This document shows positions 47,708 through 58,992 of a stretch of DNA of 64,000 nt, in pieces. Within the stretch, counting starts at the first letter, position 1; each line of letters starts with the position of its first letter. Position numbers and translations under genes: made by a program. The notes beneath the pieces were generated by a model. It had not been told where the DNA came from, made no database searches, and saw only the letters and a program-made list of their open reading frames with translations. Source of the stretch: Macrostomum hystrix (taxonomy: Eukaryota > Animalia > Platyhelminthes); assembly GCA_950097015.1 (NCBI GenBank), contig CATNEN010000034.1, positions 4,340,001-4,404,000 of the forward strand. The letters are read 5' to 3'.

Positions 47708-50700
47708 CTATTGGACTGCTGGCATGCGCTTAGCTGGGTTCTCCTCGCCGGAGCCGACGGCCGGTGACTGCGACGGACGCTTCCTGACGCCGCCGACGCC
47801 TTCGCCACCAACGCCGCCGCCGCGCACAATGGGCCTTGACGTCATGGCCGCGGCACCGTCGCCGGCCTGATCAGCTGTGAAATCTTCATCAACCAGCGGC
47901 TGGCCGGGCATCCAGTTGGCCAGGTAGTTCTTGGCCGGCTCGCGAGCCGAGGCATCGGCGGAGCGACCCGCCTGCTGCTGCTGCTGCTGCTGGCACTCAC
48001 GCTCCAACAGCTGGCTCAGCTCGGACAGCATCTGGCTGTCGTTGAACCAGCGATGCGTGCACACGGACCGCATGCTAGGCCTCTGGTCTGGCTTGACAAC
48101 CAGCATGCGCTTGACTAGGTCGACGGCGTCCTGGTCAACATTTCTCCAGTGCTCTTTAGGGAAGGTCACGTGACCGCCTAGGATTTGCGCCTGCAGGTCG
48201 TAGTCTTTGCGCTCCTCGGTGAATGGCGGATAGCCGGCCAGGCTGCGGGTCAGGGGGTTCATTCAAGCAGTGGAATTTACACCTGACGGCTTATCTGATT
48301 TGGGATTGCAATCCGTGGATCCATGGGATTTTAACAAGAATTCAACATTTAACTATGTGGTTTAAATGTTTGTTTCAACATTTAACAAACCGAGGATCTG
48401 AGGATAGTTGGGATTTCAAAATGAGGATCTGAGTATAGTTGGGATTTCAAACTGAGGATCTGGGGATAGTTGGGATTTCAAACTGAGGATCTGAGGGTAG
48501 TTGGGATTTCAAACTGAGGATCTGAGGGTAGTTGGGATTTCAAACTGAGGATCTGGGGATAGTTGGGATTTCAAACTGAGGATCTGAGAATAGTTGGGAT
48601 TTCAAACTGAGGATCTGAGAATAGTTGGGATTTCATACTCAGGATCTGAGAATAGTTGGGATTTCAAAATGAGGATCTTTGTATAGTTGGGATTTCAAAC
48701 GGGATCTGAGGACAGTTGGGATTTCAAACTGAGGATCTGCGGATAGTTTTGGGATATCTAAGCTGACGATCTGAGGACAGTTGGGATTTCAAACTGAGGA
48801 CCTGAGGATAGTGTTGGGATTTCAAACTGGGGATCTGAGGATAGTTTTGAGATTTCAAACTGGGGATATGGGGATAGTAGGGATTTGAAATCGTGCATTT
48901 AAGCCACAGAATACTCACCAAATAAAGAAGATAACTCCCAATGACCAGACGTCCACCTTGTTGGTGTAGGGCTGGCCATTGCTGAGCATGATCTCAGGAG
49001 CCAAATAGCACTGGGTGCCGCAGAAGGTGCGCAGATGGGTTTCACTGGAAACCAGTTTGGAGACTCCGAAATCAGCCAGCTTGACCAGAGTCTTGTTTTG
49101 CCCGGCCTCCTTTAGTAGAAAATTCTCCGGCTAAAATAAATTTAAGAGTACATTTTTATGCCTACTTATACTCGCCATAAAAGTAGGATTATCAGGATTA
49201 CCTTTAAGTCTCGGTGTGTGATGCCCTGCTCATGTAGGTGCTGCAATGGACAGAGGAGGCGGATTAATTTGCAGATTCTAAATCATACAGATCATTGCTA
49301 CACTAGCTAACTGCTTAGACTCACCTTCACAGCCTGGGCCATCTGGTAGCACAGAAGTTTGGCTGTAGCATTTTCAAATCCGCTTCGATTCGGTTGCTCT
49401 ATTATGCGATCGAACAGCTCGCCACCCTCAGCTCTGAAATTGCAGCTGGACAATATTGAAAACAGCAATCTACCCAGTTTATTCCATAGACTAGCCATTC
49501 TTCTCCATAGACTAGCCATTCTTCTCCATAGACTAACCATTCTTCTCCATAGACTAGCCATTCTTCTCCATAGACTAGCCATTCTTATCCATAGACTAGC
49601 CATTCTATTCCATAGACTAGCAATTCTACTCCATAGACTAGCCATTCTACTCCATAGACTAGCCATTCTACTCCATAGACTAGCAATTCTACTCCATAGA
49701 CTAGCCATTCTTCTCCATAGACTAGCCATTCTATTCCATAGACTAGCCATTCTATTCCATAGACTAGCCATTCTTCTCCATAGACTAGCAATTCTACTCC
49801 ATAGACTAGCCATTCTTCTCCATAGACTAGCCATTCTATTCCATAGACTAGCCATTCTTCTCCATAGACTAGCCATTCTATTCCATAGACTAGCCATTCT
49901 TCTCCATAGACTAGCCATTCTATTCCATAGACTAGCCATTCTATTCCATAGACTAGCCATTCTTCTCCATAGACTAGCCATTCTACTCCATTGACTAGCA
50001 ATTCTATTCCATAGACTAGCCATTCTATTCCATAGACTAGCCATTCTATTCCATAGACTAGCAATTCTACTCCATTGACTAGCCATTCTATTCCATAGAC
50101 TAGCCATTCTATTCCATAGACTAGCCATTCTATTCCATAGACTAGCCATTCTTCTCCATAGACTAGCCATTCTACTCCATTGACTAGCAATTCTATTCCA
50201 TAGACTAGCCATTCTATTCCATAGACTAGCCATTCTATTCCATAGACTAGCAATTCTACTCCATTGACTAGCCATTCTATTCCATAGACTAGCCATTCTA
50301 TTCCATAGACTAGCCATTCTATTCCATAGACTAGCCATTCTTCTCCATAGACTAGCCATTCTACTCCATTGACTAGCCATTCTTATCCAGAGACTAACCA
50401 TTCTACTCCATTGACTAGCCATTCTTATCCAGAGACTAACCATTCTACTCCATTGACTAGCCATTCTTCTCCATAGACTAGCCATTCTTCTCCATAGACT
50501 AGCCATTCTATTCCATAGACTAGCCATTCTATTCCATAGACTAGCCATTCTACTCCATAGACTAGCCATTCTATTCCATAGACTAGCCATTCTATTCCAT
50601 AGACTAGCCATTCTTCTCCATAGACTAGCCATTCTATTCCATAGACTAGCCATTCTATTCTCTTGACATCCTTGACATGCTATCAAGCGCTCACAGACCC

Positions 50701-53700
50701 AACAAGCTCACAATTCCAAGATGAGAAACACCCTGTCGTCGGCTTCAATAAAGCGTTCTATGCGCACAACATTGGGGTGGTTGAGGCGCTGCAGAATGGT
50801 CACCTCGCGACGGATGCTCTCGTCCGCCGTTAAGCCGGCAGGCAGAGAAAGCGACTTCTTGCTCAGAATTTTCATTGCGTAGCGGTGACAGGTGCCCGTC
50901 TCGAACACCAGCTTCACCTCGCCGAAAGCACCGCTAATTAAATTAGAAAGGACAAACTGAAGTTGTCGATTTGGGAAGGGAAATGGCAGATCACACACAC
51001 TGGGAAGGGGAAATGGCAGATCACACACACACTGGGAAGGGGAAATGGCAGATCACACACACACTGGGAAGGGGAAATGGCAGATCACACACACTGGGAA
51101 GGGGAAATGGCAGATCACACACACACTGGGAAGGGGAAATGGTAGATAATACACACACTGGGAAGGGGAAATAGCAGATCACACACACACTGGGAAGGGG
51201 AAATGGCAGATCACACACACTGGGAAGGGGAAATGGCAGATCACAATGGGAAGGGGAAATGGTAGATAATACACACACTGGGAAGGGGAAATAACAGATA
51301 ATACACACTGGGAAGGGGAAATGGCAGATCACACACACACTGGGAAGGGGAAATGGCAGATAATACACACTGGGAAGGGGAAATGGCAGATAATACACAC
51401 TGGGTAGGGGAAATGGCAGATCACACACACACTGGGAAGGGGAAATGGCAGATAATACACACACTGGGAAGGGGAAATGGTAGATCACACACACACTGGG
51501 AAGGGGAAATGGCAGATAATACACACACTGGGAAGGGGAAATGGCAGATAATACACACTGGGAAGGGGAAATGGCAGATCACACACACTGGGAAGGGGAA
51601 ATGGCAGATCACACACACTGGGAAGGGGAAATGGCAGATCACAATGGGAAGGGGAAATGGTAGATAATACACACACTGGGAAGGGGAAATGGTAGATAAT
51701 ACACACACTGGGAAGGGGAAATGGCAGATAATACACACACTGGGAAGGGGAAATGGCAGATAATACACACACTGGGAAGGGGAAATGGCAGATCACACAC
51801 ACACTGGGAAGGGGAAATGGCAGATAATACACACTGGGAAGGGGAAATGGCAGATAATACACACTGGGTAGGGGAAATGGCAGATCACACACACACTGGG
51901 AAGGGGAAATGGCAGATAATACACACACTGGGAAGGGGAAATGGTAGATCACACACACACTGGGAAGGGGAAATGGCAGATAATACACACACTGGGAAGG
52001 GGAAATGGCAGATAATACACACTGGGAAGGGGAAATGGCAGATCACACACACTGGGAAGGGGAAATGGCAGATCACACACACTGGGAAGGGGAAATGGCA
52101 GATCACAATGGGAAGGGGAAATGGTAGATAATACACACACTGGGAAGGGGAAATGGTAGATAATACACACACTGGGAAGGGGAAATGGCAGATAATACAC
52201 ACACTGGGAAGGGGAAATGGCAGATAATACACACACTGGGAAGGGGAAATGGTAGATAATACACACACTGGGAAGGGGAAATGGCAGATAATACACACAC
52301 TGGGAAGGGGAAATGGCAGATAATACACACTGGGAAGGGGAAATGGCAGATCACACACACACTGGGAAGGGGAAATGGCAGATAATACACACACTGGGAA
52401 GGGGAAATGGTAGATCACACACACACTGGGAAGGGGAAATGGCAGATAATACACACACTGGGAAGGGGAAATGGCAGATCACACACACTGGGAAGGGGAA
52501 ATGGCAGATAATACACACACTGGGAAGGGGAAATGGCAGATCACAATGGGAAGGGGAAATGGTAGATAATACACACACTGGGAAGGGGAAATGGCAGATA
52601 ATACACACTCTGGGAAGGGGAAATGGTAGATAATGCACACACTGGGAAGGGGAAATGGCAGATAATACACACACTGGGAAGGGGAAATGGCAGATAATAC
52701 ACACACTGGGAAGGGGAAATGGCAGATAATACACACTCTGGGAAGGGGAAATGGTAGATAATACACACTCTGGGAAGGGGAAATGGTAGATAATACACAC
52801 ACTGGGAAGGGGAAATGGCAGATAATACACACACTGGGAAGGGGAAATGGTAGATCACAATGGGAAGGGGAAATTGCAGATCACACACACTGGGAAAAGT
52901 GAATGTTGTTTCGGAGTTAGAAGAGAAACTTTTGTTGAGCAAAACTGGGTTAAGTAAAAAAACAGGATTAGCTGATTTGGCTGATATTTGGCTGATAACA
53001 GACTGGGCTGAAGGCCACTTACTTTCCAAGAGTCTTGCCCACAGTGTAGTGCTCAGTGACGCTAGCCGGAAACTGCTTCTGCACAATGGCATCGAACTCA
53101 ACGTAGGTCCAGGCCTTATTAGTGGCGAATGCTAAAGAAATCTCGTCATTGTTAGTTAGCACCCGCGACTTGGAACGGCCTGCGCATTCCGGGTGAAGTT
53201 GAAAAAAAAACAATTTGCTTATAATACGACTCAACGCGAAAAACAAGTAGGAAAAAACACCACTAGAAAACTTACCGATTTTTTTACCGTTAACAAATGT
53301 TCCATTGCTGCTCACATCTTTAATTTGAGTATGAAATGATCCGTCATTGGCCTTGACCTAAATGAAAACATGCAAAAATTTAGCAAGTACCAAATATAAT
53401 GAAGCTTAGAGCAATATCAATATTCGCAAAAGTGCATGACAAATCTTACCCTCTTAATTTTGAGATGCTCCTGAGAATAGTTGAGCATGAAAGGATCGTT
53501 AGCGTTAATCAGCGGGTGGCTGCAGCCAGCGTTCCTGCCAATCACCACCTCTTCATCGTCTTTCAGATCTGAAATTTGCGATTGAAGACTATTAGTTAGA
53601 CAGAAAATAGGTAGTAATTTTATAAAGTAGAAACAATTCATTAAAATATCATGCTTACGCTCGTAGTTAACTCAGACTCAAAGTCAGCTCAGACTCCTCA

Positions 53701-54754
53701 GACTACTCAAACTCACCAGTACCTCAGACTACTCAAACTCACCATTTCGTCACACCATTCAGACTCACCAGTTCATCATCAGACTGCTCAAACTCACTAG
53801 TTCCTCAGACTACTCAAACTCACCAGTTCCTCAGACTACTCCAATTCACCAGTTCCTCACACTACTCAAACTCACCAGTTCCTCAGACTACTCAAACTCA
53901 CCAGTTCCTCAGACTACTCTAATTCACCAGTTCCTCAGACTACTCAAACTCACCAGTTCCTCAGACTACTCAAACTCACCAGTTCCTCAGACTACTCAAA
54001 CTCACCAGTTCCTCAGACTACTCAAACTCACCAGTTCCTCAGACTACTCAAACTCACCAGTTCCTCAGACTACTCCAATTCACCAGTTCCTCACACTACT
54101 CAAACTCACCAGTTCCTCAGACTACTCAAACTCACCAGTTCCTCAGACTACTCAAACTCACTAGTTCCTCAGACTACTCAAACTCACCAGTTCCTCAGAC
54201 TACTCCAATTCACCAGTTCCTCACACTACTCAAACTCACCAGTTCCTCAGACTACTCAAACTCACCAGTTCCTCAGACTACTCAAACTCACCAGTTCCTC
54301 AGACTACTCAAACTCACCAGTTCCTCAGACTACTCAAACTCACCAGTTCCTCAGACTACTCCAATTCACCAGTTCCTCACACTACTCAAACTCACCAGTT
54401 CCTCAGACTACTCAAACTCACCAGTTCCTCAGACTACTCAAACTCACCAGTTCCTCAGACTACTCAAACTCACCAGTTCCTCAGACTACTCAAACTCACC
54501 AGTTCCTCAGACTACTCCAATTCACCAGTTCCTCAGACTACTCCAATTCACCAGTTCCTCAGACTACTCCAATTCACCAGTTCCTCAGACTACTCAAACT
54601 ACAGTATGTCTGACTCACAGATATTCTGAAAATGATTTCGCAGGCTAAACAGACGGCCATAGCAATCTGGCGGTGTAGCCATTGTCTGATCTTCGTTCTG
54701 ATCGGCTTCAAAATCATCCTCAACCGCTTGGGTGCCGACGATTGGAGCAGACAT
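47708..54754 (-). CDS. CHEK2: Checkpoint kinase 2 (FHA plus Ser/Thr kinase), about 536 aa, 9 coding exons
   Basis: Exons 54754-54619, 53568-53450, 53357-53276, 53179-53023, 50933-50712, 49433-49325, 49240-49202, 49130-48919, 48242-47708 are all phase-consistent. FHA motifs IGR, SQEH, SSNGTFVNG; kinase motifs GNGAFGEV, YAMK, HPNVV, HRDLKPEN, DFG, LAPE, DVWSLG. Confidence 0.93.
48405..48885. repeat. 31-bp minisatellite in CHEK2 last intron
   Basis: TTGGGATTTCAAACTGAGGATCTGAGGGTAG, about 15 copies. Confidence 0.92.
49475..50660. repeat. 21-bp minisatellite CCATAGACTAGCCATTCTATT in CHEK2 intron 5
   Basis: About 56 copies. Confidence 0.96.
50970..52895. repeat. About 30-bp minisatellite GGGAAGGGGAAATGGCAGAT(CA)nCT in CHEK2 intron 4
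   Basis: Units vary in length; a 464-bp block is duplicated (variant TGGGTAGGGG at 51405 and 51869). Confidence 0.96.
53680..54600. repeat. 26-bp minisatellite CCAGTTCCTCAGACTACTCAAACTCA in CHEK2 intron 1
   Basis: About 34 copies. Confidence 0.96.
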
Positions 54755-54903
54755 TTCCTGAAAATAAAAGCAATATCATCGATTGTTCGTGTATAGCATG
54801 TAAAAAATTGACACTTAAGTACCTACACATTCTGATCATAATTTAAAACACAACAACAAAGCAAAAAAAATATTTTCGAAGAATTTAAATGCATATTTAC
54901 TGA

Positions 54904-54909
54904 TTTATT
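54904..54909 (-). terminator. Putative poly(A) signal of MRM2
   Basis: First AATAAA on the minus strand after the MRM2 3' array, followed by a U/GU-rich tract at about 54875-54845. Confidence 0.45.
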
Positions 54910-55019
54910 TGCAGACTATTATTGAGGCACGAAAAGTTAATAAGCATCTGATGACTAACTTTAGGCGCAATTGATACAAAACAAAACTACATAGAATAAG
55001 CGAAATTATATGCAGTGAG

Positions 55020-55800
55020 AAAGCGGTGTGACAGTCACAGTTCCAGCAAGCGGTGTGCCAGTCACAGTCACAGTTCCAGCAAGCGGTGTGCCAGTCACAG
55101 TCACAGTTCCAGCAAGCGGTGTGCCAGTCACAGTCACAGTTCCAGCAAGCGGTGTGCCAGTCACAGTCACAGTTCCAGCAAGCTGTGTGCCAGTCACAGT
55201 CACAGTTCCAGCAAGCGGTGTGCCAGTCACAGTCACAGTTCCAGCAAGCGGTGTGCCAGTCACAGTCACAGTTCCAGCAAGCGGTGTGCCAGTCACAGTC
55301 ACAGTTCCAGCAAGCGGTGTGCCAGTCACAGTCACAGTTCCAGCAAGCTGTGTGCCAGTCACAGTCACAGTTCCAGCAAGCGGTGTGCCAGTCACAGTCA
55401 CAGTTCCAGCAAGCGGTGTGCCAGTCACAGTCACAGTTCCAGCAAGCGGTGTGACAGTCACAGTCACAGTTCCAGCAAGCGGTGTGCCAGTCACAGTCAC
55501 AGTTCCAGCAAGCGGTGTGCCAGTCACAGTCACAGTTCCAGCAAGCGGTGTGCCAGTCACAGTCACAGTTCCAGCAAGCGGTGTGCCAGTCACAGTCACA
55601 GTTCCAGCAAGCGGTGTGCCAGTCACAGTCACAGTTCCAGCAAGCTGTGTGCCAGTCACAGTCACAGTTCCAGCAAGCGGTGTGCCAGTCACAGTCACAG
55701 TTCCAGCAAGCGGTGTGCCAGTCACAGTCACAGTTCCAGCAAGCGGTGTGACAGTCACAGTCACAGTTCCAGCAAGCGGTGTGCCAGTCACAGTCACAGC
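55020..55800. repeat. 33-bp minisatellite TTCCAGCAAGCGGTGTGCCAGTCACAGTCACAG immediately after the MRM2 stop
   Basis: About 24 copies. Confidence 0.97.
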
Positions 55801-55802
55801 TG

Positions 55803-57017
55803 TCAGCTAGCCGGCAGTGTGAGTCCTCTCGCCACAAAGTAGAACTCAGCTGAGTCGCTGCGGCTGGCCGGAGGCTTGACTCGGCGCACCCCGCCAGCGA
55901 AGAACTTTCGCAGCGGCGCCTCCAGTCGCGGAGTCTCGGCGCTGTCCCACAGTTTGCAGATAAAACCGGCGCCAGGACGGCCCAATTGAAGGCAAAGCTG
56001 CAGCGCAAGCTCGCAGAGTTCAACGCAGACGGAGGCGTCGAGGCTGCGCTCGCCGGAGGCGCTGGGCGCCATGTCGGAGACCAGCCAGTCGACTTGCCTA
56101 TTGGCAAGAGCATTGCGGAGGGCGGCCAGACAGTCTGGCGAGCGGATGTCCAGCTCGGATAGGATTACTGCGTCTGGCACCGGGGCGATGTGCTGCTGGT
56201 CGAATGCCACCACCAGGCCTTGGCTGCGGGCCGGCTGCGGCACCTGGAAATTAAGTGAAAGTAACGCAGCACAAAAATAGCAAAGGTATGAAGGAACTAA
56301 GTATGAAAGTAGCGAAGGAGAAAATGTAACGGAGTGTCAAAGCAGGAAAGGTAGCGAAGGATGTAGGGAACGGAGATGGAAAGCAGCGAATCGTGAAAGT
56401 AGCGAAGTAGGGAACAATAAAAATAACGCAACAAGAAAGTAGCGAAGTATAAAAGCAACAGAGCATGATAGTAGAGTAGAAGGGAAGTAACAGAGCATGC
56501 AAGAAGCCAAGGAGGAAAGTAACGGAGCGTGCAAGTAGCGAAGGATGAAAGTAACGGAACATAAAAGTAGCTATCAGGATGAAAGTAACGGAGCATGAAA
56601 GTTGCTATAAGCATGAAAGTAACGGAGCATGAAAGTAGCTATAAGCATGAAAGTAACGGAGCATGAAAGTAGCGATAAGGATGAAAGTAACGGAGCATGA
56701 AAGTAGCTATAAGGATGAAAGTAACGGAGCATGAAAGAAGCTTTTAGGAAAAGTTGCGGGGGATTAAATAAGCGAACCTCGGGTCCCTTGAGCAGCCTGG
56801 CCAGAACCTGGGTCCAGGATCCGGGCGCGGCTCCGCACTCCACAACACACTGGCCAGGCTGGAACAGTTGCAGTTTGTCGTGCAACTCCAAAAGCTTGTA
56901 GGCGCTGCGGCACCTGTAGGACTCGTAGCGGGCCTTGCGCACGTAGACATCGCGCAGCTGGCGCACAACCCACGGGTTGCCAGGATTGCGGATTGCGGAA
57001 TAGAGCCGGCGCTGAAA
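55803..57017 (-). CDS. MRM2: FtsJ/RrmJ-family 2'-O-ribose rRNA methyltransferase, mitochondrial type; 5' end lacks an in-frame ATG
   Basis: Exons 57017(or 57011)-56778 and 56243-55803. Motifs WVVRQLRDVYV, RCRSAYKL, ECGAAPGSW, SDMAP, ICKL, SRSDSAEFY give an intact K-D-K-E tetrad. The start is unresolved (see findings). Confidence 0.85.
56300..56740. repeat. Degenerate GAAAGTAACGGAGCAT-type repeat in MRM2 intron
   Basis: More homogeneous towards 56570-56735. Confidence 0.8.
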
Positions 57018-57184
57018 CTGGTGGGTTTCGGGATCGTAATCCTCGATTCACGCAAGACATCCCGAAAGTACAGTATTAGGGATTCATGTACCCAATTAGG
57101 CGTCACAGATTTTTTACAATTTTAGATTGAAATCCCCCCGTTAGAACTCACATATCCCCTAGATTGGGATTTTTCCCTTCTAAA

Positions 57185-57785
57185 ATGGCACAGATCCCCT
57201 AGAATTGCAGTTTGGGATCTTGTTCCCTAATTAGATGGCACGGATCCCCTAGAACTGCAGTTTGGTATCTTGTTCCCTAATTAGATGTCACAGATCCCCT
57301 AGAACTGCAGTTTGGGATCTTGCTCCCTAATTAGATGTCACAGATCCCCTAGAACTGCAGTTTGGGATCTTGCTCCCTAATTAGATGTCACAGATCCCCT
57401 AGAACTGCAGTTTGGGATCTTGCTCTCTAATTAGATGTCACAGATCCCCTAGAACTGCAGTTTGGGATCTTGCTCCCTAATTAGATGTCACAGATCCCCT
57501 AGAACTGCAGTTTGGGATCTTGCTCCCTAATTAGATGTCACAGATACCCTAGAACTGCAGTTTGGGATCTTGCTCCCTAATTAGATGGCACGGATCCGCT
57601 AGAACTGCAGTTTGGGATCTTGTTCCCTAATTAGATGGCACGGATCCCCTAGAACTGCAGTTTGGGATCTTGCTCCCTAATTAGATGTCACAGATACCCT
57701 AGAACTGCAGTTTGGGATCTTGTTCCCTAATTAGATGGCACGGATCCCCTAGAACTGCAGTTTGGGATCTTGCTCCCTAATTAGA
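57185..57785. repeat. 50-bp minisatellite TTTGGGATCTTGCTCCCTAATTAGATGTCACAGATCCCCTAGAACTGCAG
   Basis: About 12 copies upstream of MRM2. Confidence 0.95.
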
Positions 57786-58733
57786 GGTGACTAATTACTG
57801 TGACAGTTTAAAAATCCCCTAGAGAAAGGCACAATAACTCACCAATGGGAACTGTGAAGTGACAAAGACCAAACAAAGTATTGCATACTACCTGGTATTA
57901 GATAATAATCAATGTTATTTAGCACTATTTAAATGTGCATGTATTATTTATCACAAGACTGACATCAAAACTAGAAATTAAACATTACATCCATCCAAAT
58001 TAGGCCTAAAAATTAAGCACAAGAATTGAAAAGCAAAAAATATGAATTACAAACAAAAAATATGTCCTCACGATATTTGTACATTTTAGTCATTTCAATA
58101 TATAATCATGAAAGTAATCGAACCTTAAAATAGTATATTATTATTAAGCATTTTTTAAAGTAATGTATTGTCACGGACAACGTTAAAATACAAGTAAATA
58201 AAACGAGCAGCAAATTATAATAAGATTGCGTTGAGATACAACGGCAGGACATTGGAATTGTCATCTAATCAAAAAAGATAACACATATTCATAACCAATA
58301 GATGCGCTAACTTTCACACATCGGATATTATATGACTAGATAAATGATTATTAACGGTAATAACAAAGCGACTTTAGACACGCAACTTGAAATAATGTCA
58401 GACACGAGGTTGTAGAAACACGTGCGCAATGAGAAATGTTATTTAGACGAGAGAGGGGGAACAGGTGAGACAGGCAAGGGACAGGTAAGACAGGTGAGAC
58501 AGGACGTTAAGAGACGGACGTTGTGACAAAGAGACAGGAAAATAAGAATGCTTTTATAGAGACAAGAAACAGGAGGGTCTGCAAGAAATATGAAAACAGA
58601 ATAGGAATACAGGTAGAGTAGCTCGCTTGACAACAATTAAATAGAGAAAACTCAAAATCAATTATGAGTCTGAGTGTTTAATTGATGAGTCTGTGTGTTT
58701 AATTGATGAGTCTGAGTGTTTAATTGATGAGTC

Positions 58734-58773
58734 TGCCCTGAAGATGACCGATTGTGGTCGAAATGCATTGGCA
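58734..58773 (+). ncRNA. Minimal type I hammerhead ribozyme motif (Penelope-like element type)
   Basis: TGCC (stem I) CTGAAGA T GACC gattgt GGTC (stem II) GAA ATGCAT (palindromic stem III) T GGCA (stem I'). All core nucleotides are present. Confidence 0.6.
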
Positions 58774-58992
58774 AAATTCTAAGAAAATTGAAATGTTGAT
58801 TTTGAGTTTTCTCTATTAAGAATAGGAATACAACACTCACTCGTCTATCAGCAATTCTCACTCAAAAAATTCTGGAGCATCTATAAATTTTATGAAGCGC
58901 GTAAAATCAGTCCGGAATAGTGCAAACTGGGAGCAACAGAAATGATTATGGAATCATCTCCAGCAATTCCTAACACGCAAAAACACCTGAAT

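Noticed and set aside
49307-50686. 459-aa ORF in frame with CHEK2 exon 6
   Set aside because: It is a 21-bp intronic repeat. Exon 5 read-through hits TGA immediately and a normal acceptor exists at 49434; exonisation is possible but unsupported.
54905-56113. Cys/Trp/His-rich (WHTACWNCDCD)n protein, metallothionein-like
   Set aside because: It is a 33-bp repeat downstream of the MRM2 stop, overlapping MRM2 in another frame.
57843-57891. Upstream coding exon for MRM2 (MQYFVWSLSLHSSH)
   Set aside because: Its splice sites look good, but it ends in phase 2 while all available MRM2 acceptors are phase 0; it may be non-coding.
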